A stretch of DNA of 64,000 nucleotides, from NCBI GenBank assembly GCA_963826115.1, contig CAWGVS010000004.1:160001-224000 (forward strand), read 5' to 3'. This DNA comes from an uncultured Candidatus Rokubacteria bacterium (GTDB lineage Bacteria; Methylomirabilota; Methylomirabilia; Rokubacteriales; DASRDR01). The translations under genes and the position numbers were made by a program. Shown here piece after piece: positions 38,542 through 47,398 of the stretch; positions within the stretch are counted from its first letter, which is position 1, and every line of letters begins with the position of its first letter. The notes under the pieces are model-generated. The model did no database searches and had not been told where the DNA came from. It was given only the letters and a program-made list of their open reading frames with translations.

Positions 38542-38928
38542 ATGGCGCGACAGAGCCGACCGAGGAGTCTCGCCGTCCTGCTGCTTGTCGCCGTGAGCCT
38601 CGGAGGCGCGCGTGCTGCATGGGCGCACTCTTTCCCGGAGCGGGCGGAACCCAGGGTAGGCTCAACGGTCCAGGGGTCTCCGCCCGCGGTCCGGATCTGG
38701 TTCGACGGCGAGCTCGAGCCCAGGTTCTGTCGGGTCACGGTCGTGGACGGCGGCGGTCGCCGGGTCGATCGCGGCGACGCGCGCGTCGATGCCAGCAACC
38801 GGCGTCTCCTCCAGGTCACGCTCCCACCGCTCACGCCGGGAATCTACAAGGTGGAGTGGGCGGTACTGTCGATCGACGGTCATCGCACCACGGGAGATTA
38901 CCGATTCACGGTGAAGAGCGTCGAGTGA
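38542..38928 (+). CDS. copC: Periplasmic copper-binding protein CopC
   Basis: Mature N-terminal His (AWA-HS..RAEP), GIYKVEW.VLSIDGH...G.YRFTV. Confidence 0.92.
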   Translation: MARQSRPRSLAVLLLVAVSLGGARAAWAHSFPERAEPRVGSTVQGSPPAVRIWFDGELEPRFCRVTVVDGGGRRVDRGDARVDASNRRLLQVTLPPLTPGIYKVEWAVLSIDGHRTTGDYRFTVKSVE

Positions 38929-39004
38929 GGGGCTCGGGAGTCTGCCGGACCACCAGGCGGCCACGCGGGTGGGCCCGTCACGGCGGCCGCGGACCCCCGC
39001 AAGC

Positions 39005-39034
39005 TTGACAGTCGGCGTGGGCGGCGGGTAGGGT
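39005..39034 (+). promoter_or_regulatory. Sigma70-type promoter
   Basis: TTGACA-N18-TAGGGT, 9 nt before ATG39044. Confidence 0.65.
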
Positions 39035-39043
39035 GGCCGAGGC

Positions 39044-40024
39044 ATGGCCGCGCGCTCGATCTTCGTGACCTGGCCGATGGAAGCGGCGGTGCGGGCCATC
39101 CTCGAGCCGGTCGCCACGGTCCGCACGAGTCACACCGAGCACGAGCTGCCGCCCGCCGAGCTCGCCCGCCACGTCACCGACGTCGAGGCGATCATCCCGA
39201 TGGGCGCGCACCCGATCCCCGAGCCGGTCATCGCCGCCGCGCCGCGCCTCCGCATCGTGGCGGTGGCCGCCGTCGGGTACAACATCGTCGACGTCGCCGC
39301 GGCGACCCGCCGCGGGATCCTCGTGACGAACACGCCGGGCGTGCTGACCGACACGACGGCGGACATGGCGTGGGCCCTCATGCTCGGCGTGGCACGCCGC
39401 GTGCCCGAGAGCGACCGCTTCGTTCGCGCCGGGAAGTGGACGGGCGTCTACTGGAGCCAACTGATGGGCGCCGACGTGCACGGGATGACGCTCGGCATCA
39501 TCGGCCTCGGCCGGATCGGCCAGGCGATCGCGCGGCGGGCCCAGGGTTTCGGCATGCGCGTCCTCTACCACAAGCGGACGCGCGACCCCGAGACCGAGCG
39601 GGGCGTCGGCGCAGAGTACCGGTCGAAGGCCGAGCTCCTCCGGGAGTCCGACTTCGTCGTGCTCTCGATCCCCCTGACGCCCGAGACGCGGCACATCATC
39701 GGCGCCGCCGAGCTGGCGCTGATGAAGCCGACGGCCTTCCTGGTGAACGTCGCGCGCGGGCCAGTGGTCGACGAGGCCGCGCTGGTCGACGCGCTCCGGG
39801 CCGGGCGCATCGCCGGGGCGGGGCTCGACGTCTTCGAGGAGGAGCCGAAGATCCACCCGGGGCTCCTCGAGCTGGAGAACGTCGCGCTGACGCCGCACAT
39901 CGGCTCGGCGTCGGGCGCCACGCGGCGCCGGATGGCGACGCGCGCCGCGGAGAACTGCGTGGCCGCGCTCCGGGGCGAGCGCCCGCCGAACCTCGTCAAC
40001 CCCGAGGCCTGGCGGTCGGCATGA
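39044..40024 (+). CDS. D-2-hydroxyacid dehydrogenase (glyoxylate/hydroxypyruvate reductase-like)
   Basis: VTNTPGVLT, GLGRIG, VNVARG, GLDVFEEEP, PHIGS. Confidence 0.95.
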   Translation: MAARSIFVTWPMEAAVRAILEPVATVRTSHTEHELPPAELARHVTDVEAIIPMGAHPIPEPVIAAAPRLRIVAVAAVGYNIVDVAAATRRGILVTNTPGVLTDTTADMAWALMLGVARRVPESDRFVRAGKWTGVYWSQLMGADVHGMTLGIIGLGRIGQAIARRAQGFGMRVLYHKRTRDPETERGVGAEYRSKAELLRESDFVVLSIPLTPETRHIIGAAELALMKPTAFLVNVARGPVVDEAALVDALRAGRIAGAGLDVFEEEPKIHPGLLELENVALTPHIGSASGATRRRMATRAAENCVAALRGERPPNLVNPEAWRSA

Positions 40025-41457
40025 GCCGCGGCAAGCTCTGGCTCTTCCTCCTGATCCTGCTGCTCGCGGGCGGCGGGTTCCTGGTCTGGCGGCAGCGGCA
40101 GCCCGTCGTGCAGGTGACGATCGAGCCGGCGTTCGCCGCGCTCGGTCAGGCGGCCCGCCCGATCACGCTGGTGCTCGACGCGCCCGCGGCCAACCTGGCG
40201 GCGGTCGAGGTGCGGGTGGTCCAGCAGGGCACAGCCCGCCCGGTCCTGAGCGAGGACCTGACCGGCGCCGCGACCCGGAGCCTGAAGAAGGCGGTCACGC
40301 TCGACGCCGCCGCGCTCAAGCTCCAGGAGGGCCCGGCGGAGCTCGAGGTCGAGGCGAAGGACACGCTCTGGCGGCCGCGTCCGCCGCGCGGGCCCCGCCT
40401 GGTCCACCGCTTCACCGTCGACCTGACGCCGCCGAAGCTCGAGCTCAAGACGGCCACGGGCTACCTCAAGCACGCCGGGGCGGGCGTCGTCGTCTTCCGC
40501 GCGGAGGGCGCGGCGCGCGCCGGGGTCCGGGTCGGCAACGAGTTCTTCCCGGGCGTCGCGGGGCTCGCCCAGGACCCTGCCGTCCAGGTCGCCCTCTTCG
40601 TGATCCCCTTCAACGGCCCGGAGGTCGCGCCGTCCGTGGTGGCCACGGACGAGGCGGGCAACGAGCGCGTGATCGGCGTGCCGGTGACCTTCCTGCCGGT
40701 GCGATTTCCGAAGGACATCATCACGCTCACCGAGCCGTTCCTCCGCCGGAAGATGTCGGAGCTCGTGCCGCAGACGCCCGCCAGCGCCTCGGTCGAGGCG
40801 CTCCTCCAGGCCTTCCTGAAGGTCAACGGCGAGGGGCGCAAGGGGTTCGAGGCGAAGAACCGGGAGATCGGACGCGGAGAGACCTCCCCGAAGCCCCTCT
40901 GGACCGGCCCGTTCCGCCAGCAGTCGAACACCAAGGTCTTCGCCAACTTCCCGGAGGAGCGGACGTACCAGATGGACGGTCGCACCGTCGACACCCAGTG
41001 GCACCTGGGCATCGACCTCGCGTCGAACAAGCAGAGCCCGATCGAGGCGTCGAACGGCGGCAAGGTCGTGTTCACCGGGCCCAACGGCATCTACGGGAAC
41101 ATGGTCATCGTGGATCATGGGCTCGGTCTGATGAGCCTCTACGCCCACCTCTCGGACATCGCGGTCAAAGTCGGGCAGACGGTCCAGAAGGGCGAGCTGC
41201 TCGGCCGGAGCGGCGAGACGGGCCTGGCCGGCGGCGACCACCTCCACTTCGCGATGCTGATCCACGGGGTGTACACGAGCCCGATCGAGTGGTGGGACGA
41301 TCACTGGCGGAAGGACCGGATCGCGAAGCCGCTCGTCGACGCCGGCATCACGCTGCCGGGGATCACCGACGGCGCGTCCGCAACCGCCGGCCCCCCGGGG
41401 GGCCCCACCGCGCCCCCGCCGCCCGCGAAGCGTCGGCCCGCACGCGCCCGGCGCTGA
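40021..41457 (+). CDS. M23-family metallopeptidase with N-terminal membrane anchor
   Basis: HLGID, YGN, DHG, YAHLS, GDHLHF. Confidence 0.92.
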   Translation: MSRGKLWLFLLILLLAGGGFLVWRQRQPVVQVTIEPAFAALGQAARPITLVLDAPAANLAAVEVRVVQQGTARPVLSEDLTGAATRSLKKAVTLDAAALKLQEGPAELEVEAKDTLWRPRPPRGPRLVHRFTVDLTPPKLELKTATGYLKHAGAGVVVFRAEGAARAGVRVGNEFFPGVAGLAQDPAVQVALFVIPFNGPEVAPSVVATDEAGNERVIGVPVTFLPVRFPKDIITLTEPFLRRKMSELVPQTPASASVEALLQAFLKVNGEGRKGFEAKNREIGRGETSPKPLWTGPFRQQSNTKVFANFPEERTYQMDGRTVDTQWHLGIDLASNKQSPIEASNGGKVVFTGPNGIYGNMVIVDHGLGLMSLYAHLSDIAVKVGQTVQKGELLGRSGETGLAGGDHLHFAMLIHGVYTSPIEWWDDHWRKDRIAKPLVDAGITLPGITDGASATAGPPGGPTAPPPPAKRRPARARR

Positions 41458-41477
41458 GGGCGGGCGCCCGGGAGCGC

Positions 41478-41678
41478 CTACCAGGGACGGGCGGCGCGCC
41501 CCTCGAGGACGACGGCGAGCACCGTGCCGCCGACGGCGATGAGCAGACACAGGAAGGCGAAGAGACGCGGTCCGCGCGGAAGGCCCTCGGCCGGGCGGAA
41601 GCCCAGCCAGCTCCAGATGGCGCCGAACCCCATCAGGCCCAGCGCCAGCGCGAGATAGGCCAGCCAGAGGCGTTCCAT
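41478..41678 (-). CDS. Small two-TM membrane protein
   Basis: Two hydrophobic helices; upstream TTGCTT-N18-CACACT-N7-ATG. Confidence 0.65.
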   Translation of the reverse strand: MERLWLAYLALALGLMGFGAIWSWLGFRPAEGLPRGPRLFAFLCLLIAVGGTVLAVVLEGRAARPW

Positions 41679-41818
41679 CCGTGACAGTGTGGTGCACCGG
41701 CCGGTCGGGAAGCAAGGGCCTTGCCGCCGGGGAGCGCCCCGCCGGCCTCCGGCCGGCCCCCGGCTTCACCCGGGCCGCGTGATCGGCTAGACTAGGCCCG
41801 GCTCTCGCCGGAGGCCGC

Positions 41819-41938
41819 GTGGTACTGGTCAGTCGCTGCCTACGTTGCGGCTACGTTCAGCCCGGGGACGACCCCCCAGAGCGCTGCCCCCACTGCGGGG
41901 CCCCGACGGAAGACTTCGAGCTCGTGGAAGAAGATTGA
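41819..41938 (+). CDS. 39-aa rubredoxin-like microprotein (not in the ORF track)
   Basis: GGAGG SD + GTG; MVLVSRCLRCGYVQPGDDPPERCPHCGAPTEDFELVEED (CxxCGY...CPxCGAP...F). Confidence 0.85.
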   Translation: MVLVSRCLRCGYVQPGDDPPERCPHCGAPTEDFELVEED

Positions 41939-41969
41939 GCCCGGCGCGAGTCGGGCGGGAGGTGCTCCT

Positions 41970-42791
41970 ATGGCCATCGTGACGATCGCGCACGAGACGG
42001 GGTCTGGCGGCCCCGAAATCGGGATCGAGCTGGCCAAGCGCCTGGGCTGGCGCTACGTCGACCGGGACATGCTGTCCGAGGCCGCCCAGCGGTACGGGGT
42101 GGGCGAGGACAAGCTGACCGAGCTCGACGAGAAGAAGCCGTCCCTCTTCGAGCGGTTCGACGTCGAGACCCGGCAGTACATCACCGTCCTCCAGTCCGCG
42201 CTCCTGGACGCTGCCGAGCAGGACAACGTCGTCATCAACTCGCGGGGCGGGCAGATGCTGCTACGCGGCATCTCGCACGTCCTCCGGGTGTTCGTGATCG
42301 CGCCGTTCGAGCTCCGGGTCAAGCGGGTCATGAACAAGATGGCCGGGCAGGCGCAGGAAGGGGTGGACGTCCGGACGACGGTGGAGATGGTCCGCCACAG
42401 CGACCAAGAGAAGCACGGGCGGATCCGCTACCTCTACGACGTCGACTGGGGCGACCCGGCGCTGTACGACCTCGTGCTCAACACCGAGAAGCTCACGATC
42501 GACGCGGGCGTCGAGGCGATCACCGGCCTCGTCCGAAGCCTCACCGCCACGCCCGAGTCGCGGCAGCAGGTGCGGGACCGGGCGCTCGCCTCGCGCGTGC
42601 GCTCCGCGCTGGCCGCGCACCCGGACACGCGCAAGTACCGGCTCACCGTCGAGTCCGAGCGGGGCGTGATCCGGCTGGAGGGCACCGCGGCGCTCGAGCG
42701 CGCGGCCGACGTGGCCCGGACGGTGCCCGGCGTGGTGGACGTCAAGGGCCAGCTGCTCGAGGTGCCGCCCATCCCGCCCTTCGTCGCCTGA
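41970..42791 (+). CDS. Cytidylate kinase-like family protein with C-terminal BON domain
   Basis: IVTI..ETGSGG.EIG..LA..LG, DW.DP.LYDLVLNT, VIRLEG...VPGVVDV. Confidence 0.85.
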   Translation: MAIVTIAHETGSGGPEIGIELAKRLGWRYVDRDMLSEAAQRYGVGEDKLTELDEKKPSLFERFDVETRQYITVLQSALLDAAEQDNVVINSRGGQMLLRGISHVLRVFVIAPFELRVKRVMNKMAGQAQEGVDVRTTVEMVRHSDQEKHGRIRYLYDVDWGDPALYDLVLNTEKLTIDAGVEAITGLVRSLTATPESRQQVRDRALASRVRSALAAHPDTRKYRLTVESERGVIRLEGTAALERAADVARTVPGVVDVKGQLLEVPPIPPFVA

Positions 42792-42827
42792 TGGACCGTT
42801 CCCTCCCAGGGGGATCGATCGAGCGGC

Positions 42828-43544
42828 CTACCGGACCTTGACGACCCGACTCACGATTCCGCGGCGCGCGAGGGACTCCCGGTACGCCTGGGCGTCGGCG
42901 CGTCGCGCGAACTGGCCGTACCGGATGTGGTACTGCCCGCTCGGCCCCACGGCCTCGCTCACGCGCACCTCGAATCCGCGCGCGCGGACCGGCCGCGCCG
43001 CCGCCACGGCGGCGGCCAGCGACGGGTGCCGTCCGAGGACCAGCTCGGGGGCGCCCCCCTCCTCGACGACGGTGCCGCGCCCGATTTCCCGGGCGGCCTG
43101 CCGGGCCTCGTCGGCGGACCCGAAGCCCGTCGCCGTGACCACGAAGAAGCGGGCCGTGTCCTCCTTGCGGAAGCGCACCGTGGCGTGTCCCAGGCGGTTC
43201 AGCTCGGCCTCGAGGCGGTCGACGGTCTCGCCGGGCGGGAACGGCCCACTCTCGAGCGCGTATCGCTCGGGCACGGGGGCGGGAGTGCGGGGCGCTGCGG
43301 GGGCGCCCGTGGTCGGGGGCGCGGACTGCCCGGGTCCCGGGGCCCGCTCGGGCGGCGTCCCGTCGGCCGGGCCAGGGGCGGCCGGGATCGCCACCACGGA
43401 GGGCGGCGGCGTGGCAAGGCCGCGCCACCTCGGCCAGGGCCCGACGAGGCGATCGACCAGGAGCCACCCGAGGACAGCCACCAGCACGACCACGCTCGCG
43501 GCCGCCAGCGGCACATGGGTGTAGCGCGAGATGAGCCACCGCAT
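42828..43544 (-). CDS. SPOR-domain membrane-anchored protein
   Basis: N-terminal TM, Pro-rich linker, repeated beta-alpha-beta units (YHIRYGQF..RADA). Confidence 0.75.
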   Translation of the reverse strand: MRWLISRYTHVPLAAASVVVLVAVLGWLLVDRLVGPWPRWRGLATPPPSVVAIPAAPGPADGTPPERAPGPGQSAPPTTGAPAAPRTPAPVPERYALESGPFPPGETVDRLEAELNRLGHATVRFRKEDTARFFVVTATGFGSADEARQAAREIGRGTVVEEGGAPELVLGRHPSLAAAVAAARPVRARGFEVRVSEAVGPSGQYHIRYGQFARRADAQAYRESLARRGIVSRVVKVR

Positions 43545-43624
43545 CGGAGGTCAGGCATGATGTTCGAGACCGCGCTCGGCGAAGTCAAGTTCGTTCTGGG
43601 CGGCGCCGGCCCGCCGAGCCTCGC

Positions 43625-44791
43625 GTGAGCCGAGTCCTCCTGAAGGGCGGGCTCGCGATCCTGGTGGCCCTGGCCGCGGGCCTCGGGATCGGGGCCGGGT
43701 TCCAGCTGGCCGGTCTCCGCTGGCCGACCGCCGCGCCCCCGCCGCCTCGACAGACCGGGCCGACGACCGCGGACGTCCAGCGCGCGTTCGTGGGCGTCGC
43801 CGACCACCTGCGGCCCGCGGTCGTGAACATCGCCACCGCGCACTTCCTTCGGCGGCAGCGCCCGCGCGGGGGGACGCCCAGCCCGAGCACGCCGCCGAGC
43901 CTCCGGGACTACTTCGACCAGTACTTCGGCCAGATACCTCCCGGCGAGCGCGAGCGCGCCGGCGTCGGCTCCGGCGTCATCATCGACGCGCAGGGGCACA
44001 TCCTGACGAACCTCCACGTCATCAAGGGCGCGGACGAGATCACCGTCCGCTTCCACAACAAGAAGGAGGTTGCGGGCAAGGTCGTGGGCACGGACGCGGC
44101 GACGGACCTGGCCGTGATCCGGATCCCCGCCGGGGAGGGCGTGGTCGCGGCGAAGCTCGGCGACTCCGACAAGATCGAGGTCGGCGAATGGGCCATCGCG
44201 ATCGGGAGCCCGTTCGGCCTCGAGCAGACCGTCACGGTGGGCGTGGTGAGCGCGACGGGCCGGTCGGAGGTCGGGATCGTCCCGAACGAGAACTTCATCC
44301 AGACCGACGCATCCATCAACCCGGGCAACTCGGGCGGCCCGCTTCTCAATGCCCAGGGCGAGGTCATCGGCATCAACACCGCGATCCTGTCGTCGGGCCA
44401 GGGGATCGGCTTCGCGATCCCCATCAACACGGCCCGGCGGGTCGCGAGCGCCCTGATCGCGCGCGGCCGCGTGCAGCGCGGCTGGATCGGGGTTGGGCTC
44501 GAGCCGATGAGCGACGACCTGGCCAAGGCGCTCGGCGCGCCCAAGGGGCAGGGCGTGGTGGTCAAGCGCGTGCTGCCGGGCGGGCCGGCAGAGAAGGCGG
44601 GCATCCAGCCCAACGACGTGATCGTGCGCTTCGGCGAGACGACCGTGACCGACCTCCAGCACCTCCAGCGCCTCGTCCTCGACGCGGCGGTCGAGAAGCC
44701 GGTGGCCCTCAAGGTCCTCCGGCAGGGCAAGGAGGTCCCGGTGTCGATCACCATCACCGAGGCGCCGCCGGAGCGCCCCGGGGCATCCTGA
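43625..44791 (+). CDS. HtrA/DegP-family serine protease with PDZ domain
   Basis: GSGVII, TNLHV, TDLAV, IQTDASINPGNSGGPL, C-terminal PDZ. Confidence 0.95.
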   Translation: MSRVLLKGGLAILVALAAGLGIGAGFQLAGLRWPTAAPPPPRQTGPTTADVQRAFVGVADHLRPAVVNIATAHFLRRQRPRGGTPSPSTPPSLRDYFDQYFGQIPPGERERAGVGSGVIIDAQGHILTNLHVIKGADEITVRFHNKKEVAGKVVGTDAATDLAVIRIPAGEGVVAAKLGDSDKIEVGEWAIAIGSPFGLEQTVTVGVVSATGRSEVGIVPNENFIQTDASINPGNSGGPLLNAQGEVIGINTAILSSGQGIGFAIPINTARRVASALIARGRVQRGWIGVGLEPMSDDLAKALGAPKGQGVVVKRVLPGGPAEKAGIQPNDVIVRFGETTVTDLQHLQRLVLDAAVEKPVALKVLRQGKEVPVSITITEAPPERPGAS

Positions 44792-44804
44792 GGCGGCCCC
44801 GCCC

Positions 44805-45371
44805 ATGGTCTTCTCCTGGCGTCGCCTCCGCGAGCGGGCGACCCACGTGCTCCACCTGGACGAGGAGCCGTCGCGCCTGGCCGCCGGCATGGCGGTGGGC
44901 GTGTTCATCGGGGTCACGCCCTTCTACGGGCTCCACACGCTGATCGCGCTTGGCGCCGCCTCCGTGTTCCGGCTCAACAAGGCGGCGACGATCACCGGCG
45001 CGTGGCTGAACCTCCCCTGGTTCGCGCCCTTCGTCTACGGGTTCTGTCTCACCCTGGGCGAGGCGGTCCTGACGGGCGACTGGAGCCGCTTCTCGATGGC
45101 GAGCGTCCACGGGCTCGCCGAGTCGGCCGGCGCGTACCTCCGCGCCGGCCCGCGGGAGACGGCCGACAACCTCTGGCAGCTCGTGTGGAGCATGCTGTTC
45201 GTCGCGTCGAAGCCGCTTTTCGTCGGGACGACCATCGTGGGGATCGTCCTCGGCGTGGCGGCCTATTTCATCACGCTCGAGGCCGTCCGCGACGTCCGCC
45301 GGCTGCGCGCCCGCATCCATGCCCACGAGACCCCGGGGCCGCGACCCCCGGGCACCGAGCCCACGCCCTGA
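44805..45371 (+). CDS. DUF2062-family membrane protein
   Basis: P.RLAAG.AVGVFIG.TPFYGLH, FRLNK, W.N.P. Confidence 0.82.
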   Translation: MVFSWRRLRERATHVLHLDEEPSRLAAGMAVGVFIGVTPFYGLHTLIALGAASVFRLNKAATITGAWLNLPWFAPFVYGFCLTLGEAVLTGDWSRFSMASVHGLAESAGAYLRAGPRETADNLWQLVWSMLFVASKPLFVGTTIVGIVLGVAAYFITLEAVRDVRRLRARIHAHETPGPRPPGTEPTP

Positions 45372-46303
45372 TGCCGATCTTCCGTTCCCTCCTCGAGGCG
45401 CTGTCCGCCATGGCGGCCAAGACGCTCTTGCTGGGCGAGGACGCGGCCCACATCCTCGCGCGGATCGCGGTCATCGGGGGCGCGATCCTGTTCGGCTGGA
45501 TCGGCTACCGGATCGCCTCGGCGATCATCCGCCGGCTGCTCGAGCCCCTGCTCGGCGCAACGGACTACCCGGCGCGGGTCCAGCGTGCCCGGACCCTGGG
45601 CCCGCTCCTGACCAGCACGACGCGCTACCTCATGGCGTTCGTCGTGGTCGTGGTCGTCCTCCAGCAGATCGGCATCGACGTGCGCGCGCTTCTCGTATCG
45701 GCGGGCGTCGTCGGCCTCGCGATCGGCCTGGGGGCGCAGAGCCTGATCCGCGACGTCATCATGGGGTTCTTCCTCCTCCTCGAGAACCTGATTTCGGTCG
45801 GCGACGTCATCGAGGTGGGGCCGCACACCGGCGTCGTCGAGTCGGTCGGTCTCCGCGTGACGAAGATCCGGAAGTTCTCGGGCGAGCTGCGCATCGTCCC
45901 GAACGGAGAGCTGACGTCGTTCGGTCATCACGCCGCGGGCTGGGCCCGCCTGGTGATCGAGGTGGCCATCGACTACGACGAGGACGTCGACCGCGCGCTC
46001 CGCGTGCTGGGCGACGTCGGCCGGGCCGTCGCCGCCGCCCGCTCGCATGCGGTGCTCGAGCCCCCGACGGCCGAGGGCATCCTCCGCTTCGGCGCGACCG
46101 GCCAGGGCGAGGTGGTGCTCCGCCTGCACGCCCGCGTCGTCGCGACGGAGAAGGCGCCGCTCGAGCTCGAGGTCCGGCGCCGCGTCAAGGAGGCCTTCGC
46201 CGCCCACGGCGTCCGGGTCCCGCGCGCCATGATGGAGGTCCGGCTCGCCCCGCCGCCCGGCGGGGCGGCCGCCGCAGACAGTCGAAAGGAGTCTGTCGCA
46301 TGA
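45371..46303 (+). CDS. Small-conductance mechanosensitive channel (MscS family)
   Basis: AGVVGLAIGLGAQSLIRD, VGDVI, G.VE.VGLR.T, VPNG. Confidence 0.92.
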   Translation: MPIFRSLLEALSAMAAKTLLLGEDAAHILARIAVIGGAILFGWIGYRIASAIIRRLLEPLLGATDYPARVQRARTLGPLLTSTTRYLMAFVVVVVVLQQIGIDVRALLVSAGVVGLAIGLGAQSLIRDVIMGFFLLLENLISVGDVIEVGPHTGVVESVGLRVTKIRKFSGELRIVPNGELTSFGHHAAGWARLVIEVAIDYDEDVDRALRVLGDVGRAVAAARSHAVLEPPTAEGILRFGATGQGEVVLRLHARVVATEKAPLELEVRRRVKEAFAAHGVRVPRAMMEVRLAPPPGGAAAADSRKESVA

Positions 46304-47163
46304 GGGTTCGCACCGCCGTGTTCCCCGCCGCGGGTCTCGGCACCCGCTTCCTGCCCGCGACGAAGGCCCAGCCGAAGGAAATGCTGCCCCTCGTCGACAA
46401 GCCGATGATCCAGTACGTCGTCGAGGAGGCCGTGGCGGCCGGGCTCGACCGGGTCAGCCTCGTGACCGGCCGCGGCAAGCGCGCCATCGAGGACCACTTC
46501 GACTCGGCCGTCGAGCTGGAGTTCTACCTCCAGGAGCGGGGCAAGTGGGAGGAGCTGGCCCAGATCAAGACGATCTCGGACCTCGCCTCGGTCTCCTACG
46601 TTCGCCAGAAGGAGCCGCTCGGGCTCGGCCACGCCATCCTGTGCGCCCGCCCCCTCGTGGGCGACGAGCCCTTCGCCGTGTTCCTGGGCGACGACATCAT
46701 CGTCTCGGACCCGCCGTGCATCGCGCAGCTCCTGTCCGTCTTCGAGCAGCATGGCGATCCCGTCCTGGCCGTGAAGCAGGTGCCCCGATCCCAGCTGTCG
46801 CGCTACGGCGTCATCAAGGGGACGCCGGTCGGCGAGAACGTCTACCGGGTGGACGATCTGGTGGAGAAGCCGGCGCCCGAGGCGGCCCCGTCGGACCTGG
46901 CGATCATCGGGCGCTACGTCCTCACGCCCGACGTGTTCCCGATCCTCGCCGAGACGGCCCCCGACCACCGGGGGGAGATCCAGCTGACCGACGCCCTTCG
47001 CCGGCTCCGCGCGCGGCGCCCCATCTACGCGGTCCGCTTCACGGGGCAGCACTTCGACACCGGGGAGAAGCTCGGCTTCCTGAAGGCCACGGTCGACATG
47101 GCGCTCGCCCGCCCCGACCTCGGCGACGCCTTCCGGGAGTACCTCCGCGGGGTCAAGCTCTGA
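46300..47163 (+). CDS. galU: UTP--glucose-1-phosphate uridylyltransferase
   Basis: AVFPAAGLGTRFLPATKAQPKEMLP, RQKEPLGLGHA, VEKP, GEIQLTDA. Confidence 0.97.
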   Translation: MRVRTAVFPAAGLGTRFLPATKAQPKEMLPLVDKPMIQYVVEEAVAAGLDRVSLVTGRGKRAIEDHFDSAVELEFYLQERGKWEELAQIKTISDLASVSYVRQKEPLGLGHAILCARPLVGDEPFAVFLGDDIIVSDPPCIAQLLSVFEQHGDPVLAVKQVPRSQLSRYGVIKGTPVGENVYRVDDLVEKPAPEAAPSDLAIIGRYVLTPDVFPILAETAPDHRGEIQLTDALRRLRARRPIYAVRFTGQHFDTGEKLGFLKATVDMALARPDLGDAFREYLRGVKL

Positions 47164-47229
47164 CGCGCCGGCCCTGAGGGGTCCCCGGGCGATCCCCGGC
47201 GGGCGGCGGTGGCCGTGCCCCGCCGTGGC

Positions 47230-47278
47230 TTGCTGGGACGGGGAGGGGTCTGCTAGAATTTTGTCCAACTTTTCACCA
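47230..47278 (+). promoter_or_regulatory. Promoter of pncB-trp region with adjacent Rex-like imperfect palindrome
   Basis: TTGCTG-N18-TAGAAT with TG extension; TTGTCCAACTTTTCACCA at 47261-47278. Confidence 0.5.
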
Positions 47279-47398
47279 CCTACGGGTCAACAGTGAGCCC
47301 CAGTACGATCCAGTCCCGCAGCCACCTCCCCCTCCCGGCGCCCCGCGGCGGCGGACGGCCCTCCTGCGGGCGTCCCGGACGCTGAGCCCGACCGACCC

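Noticed and set aside
41722-41765. GC-rich hairpins in the divergent intergenic region (similar ones near 12280-12420 and 47165-47225)
   Set aside because: Short GC-only stems are expected by chance here; no U-tract and no recurrence.
47281-47398. NAD+ riboswitch or trp attenuator in the pncB leader
   Set aside because: I could not match a known riboswitch consensus and saw no Trp-codon leader peptide or U-tract terminator.
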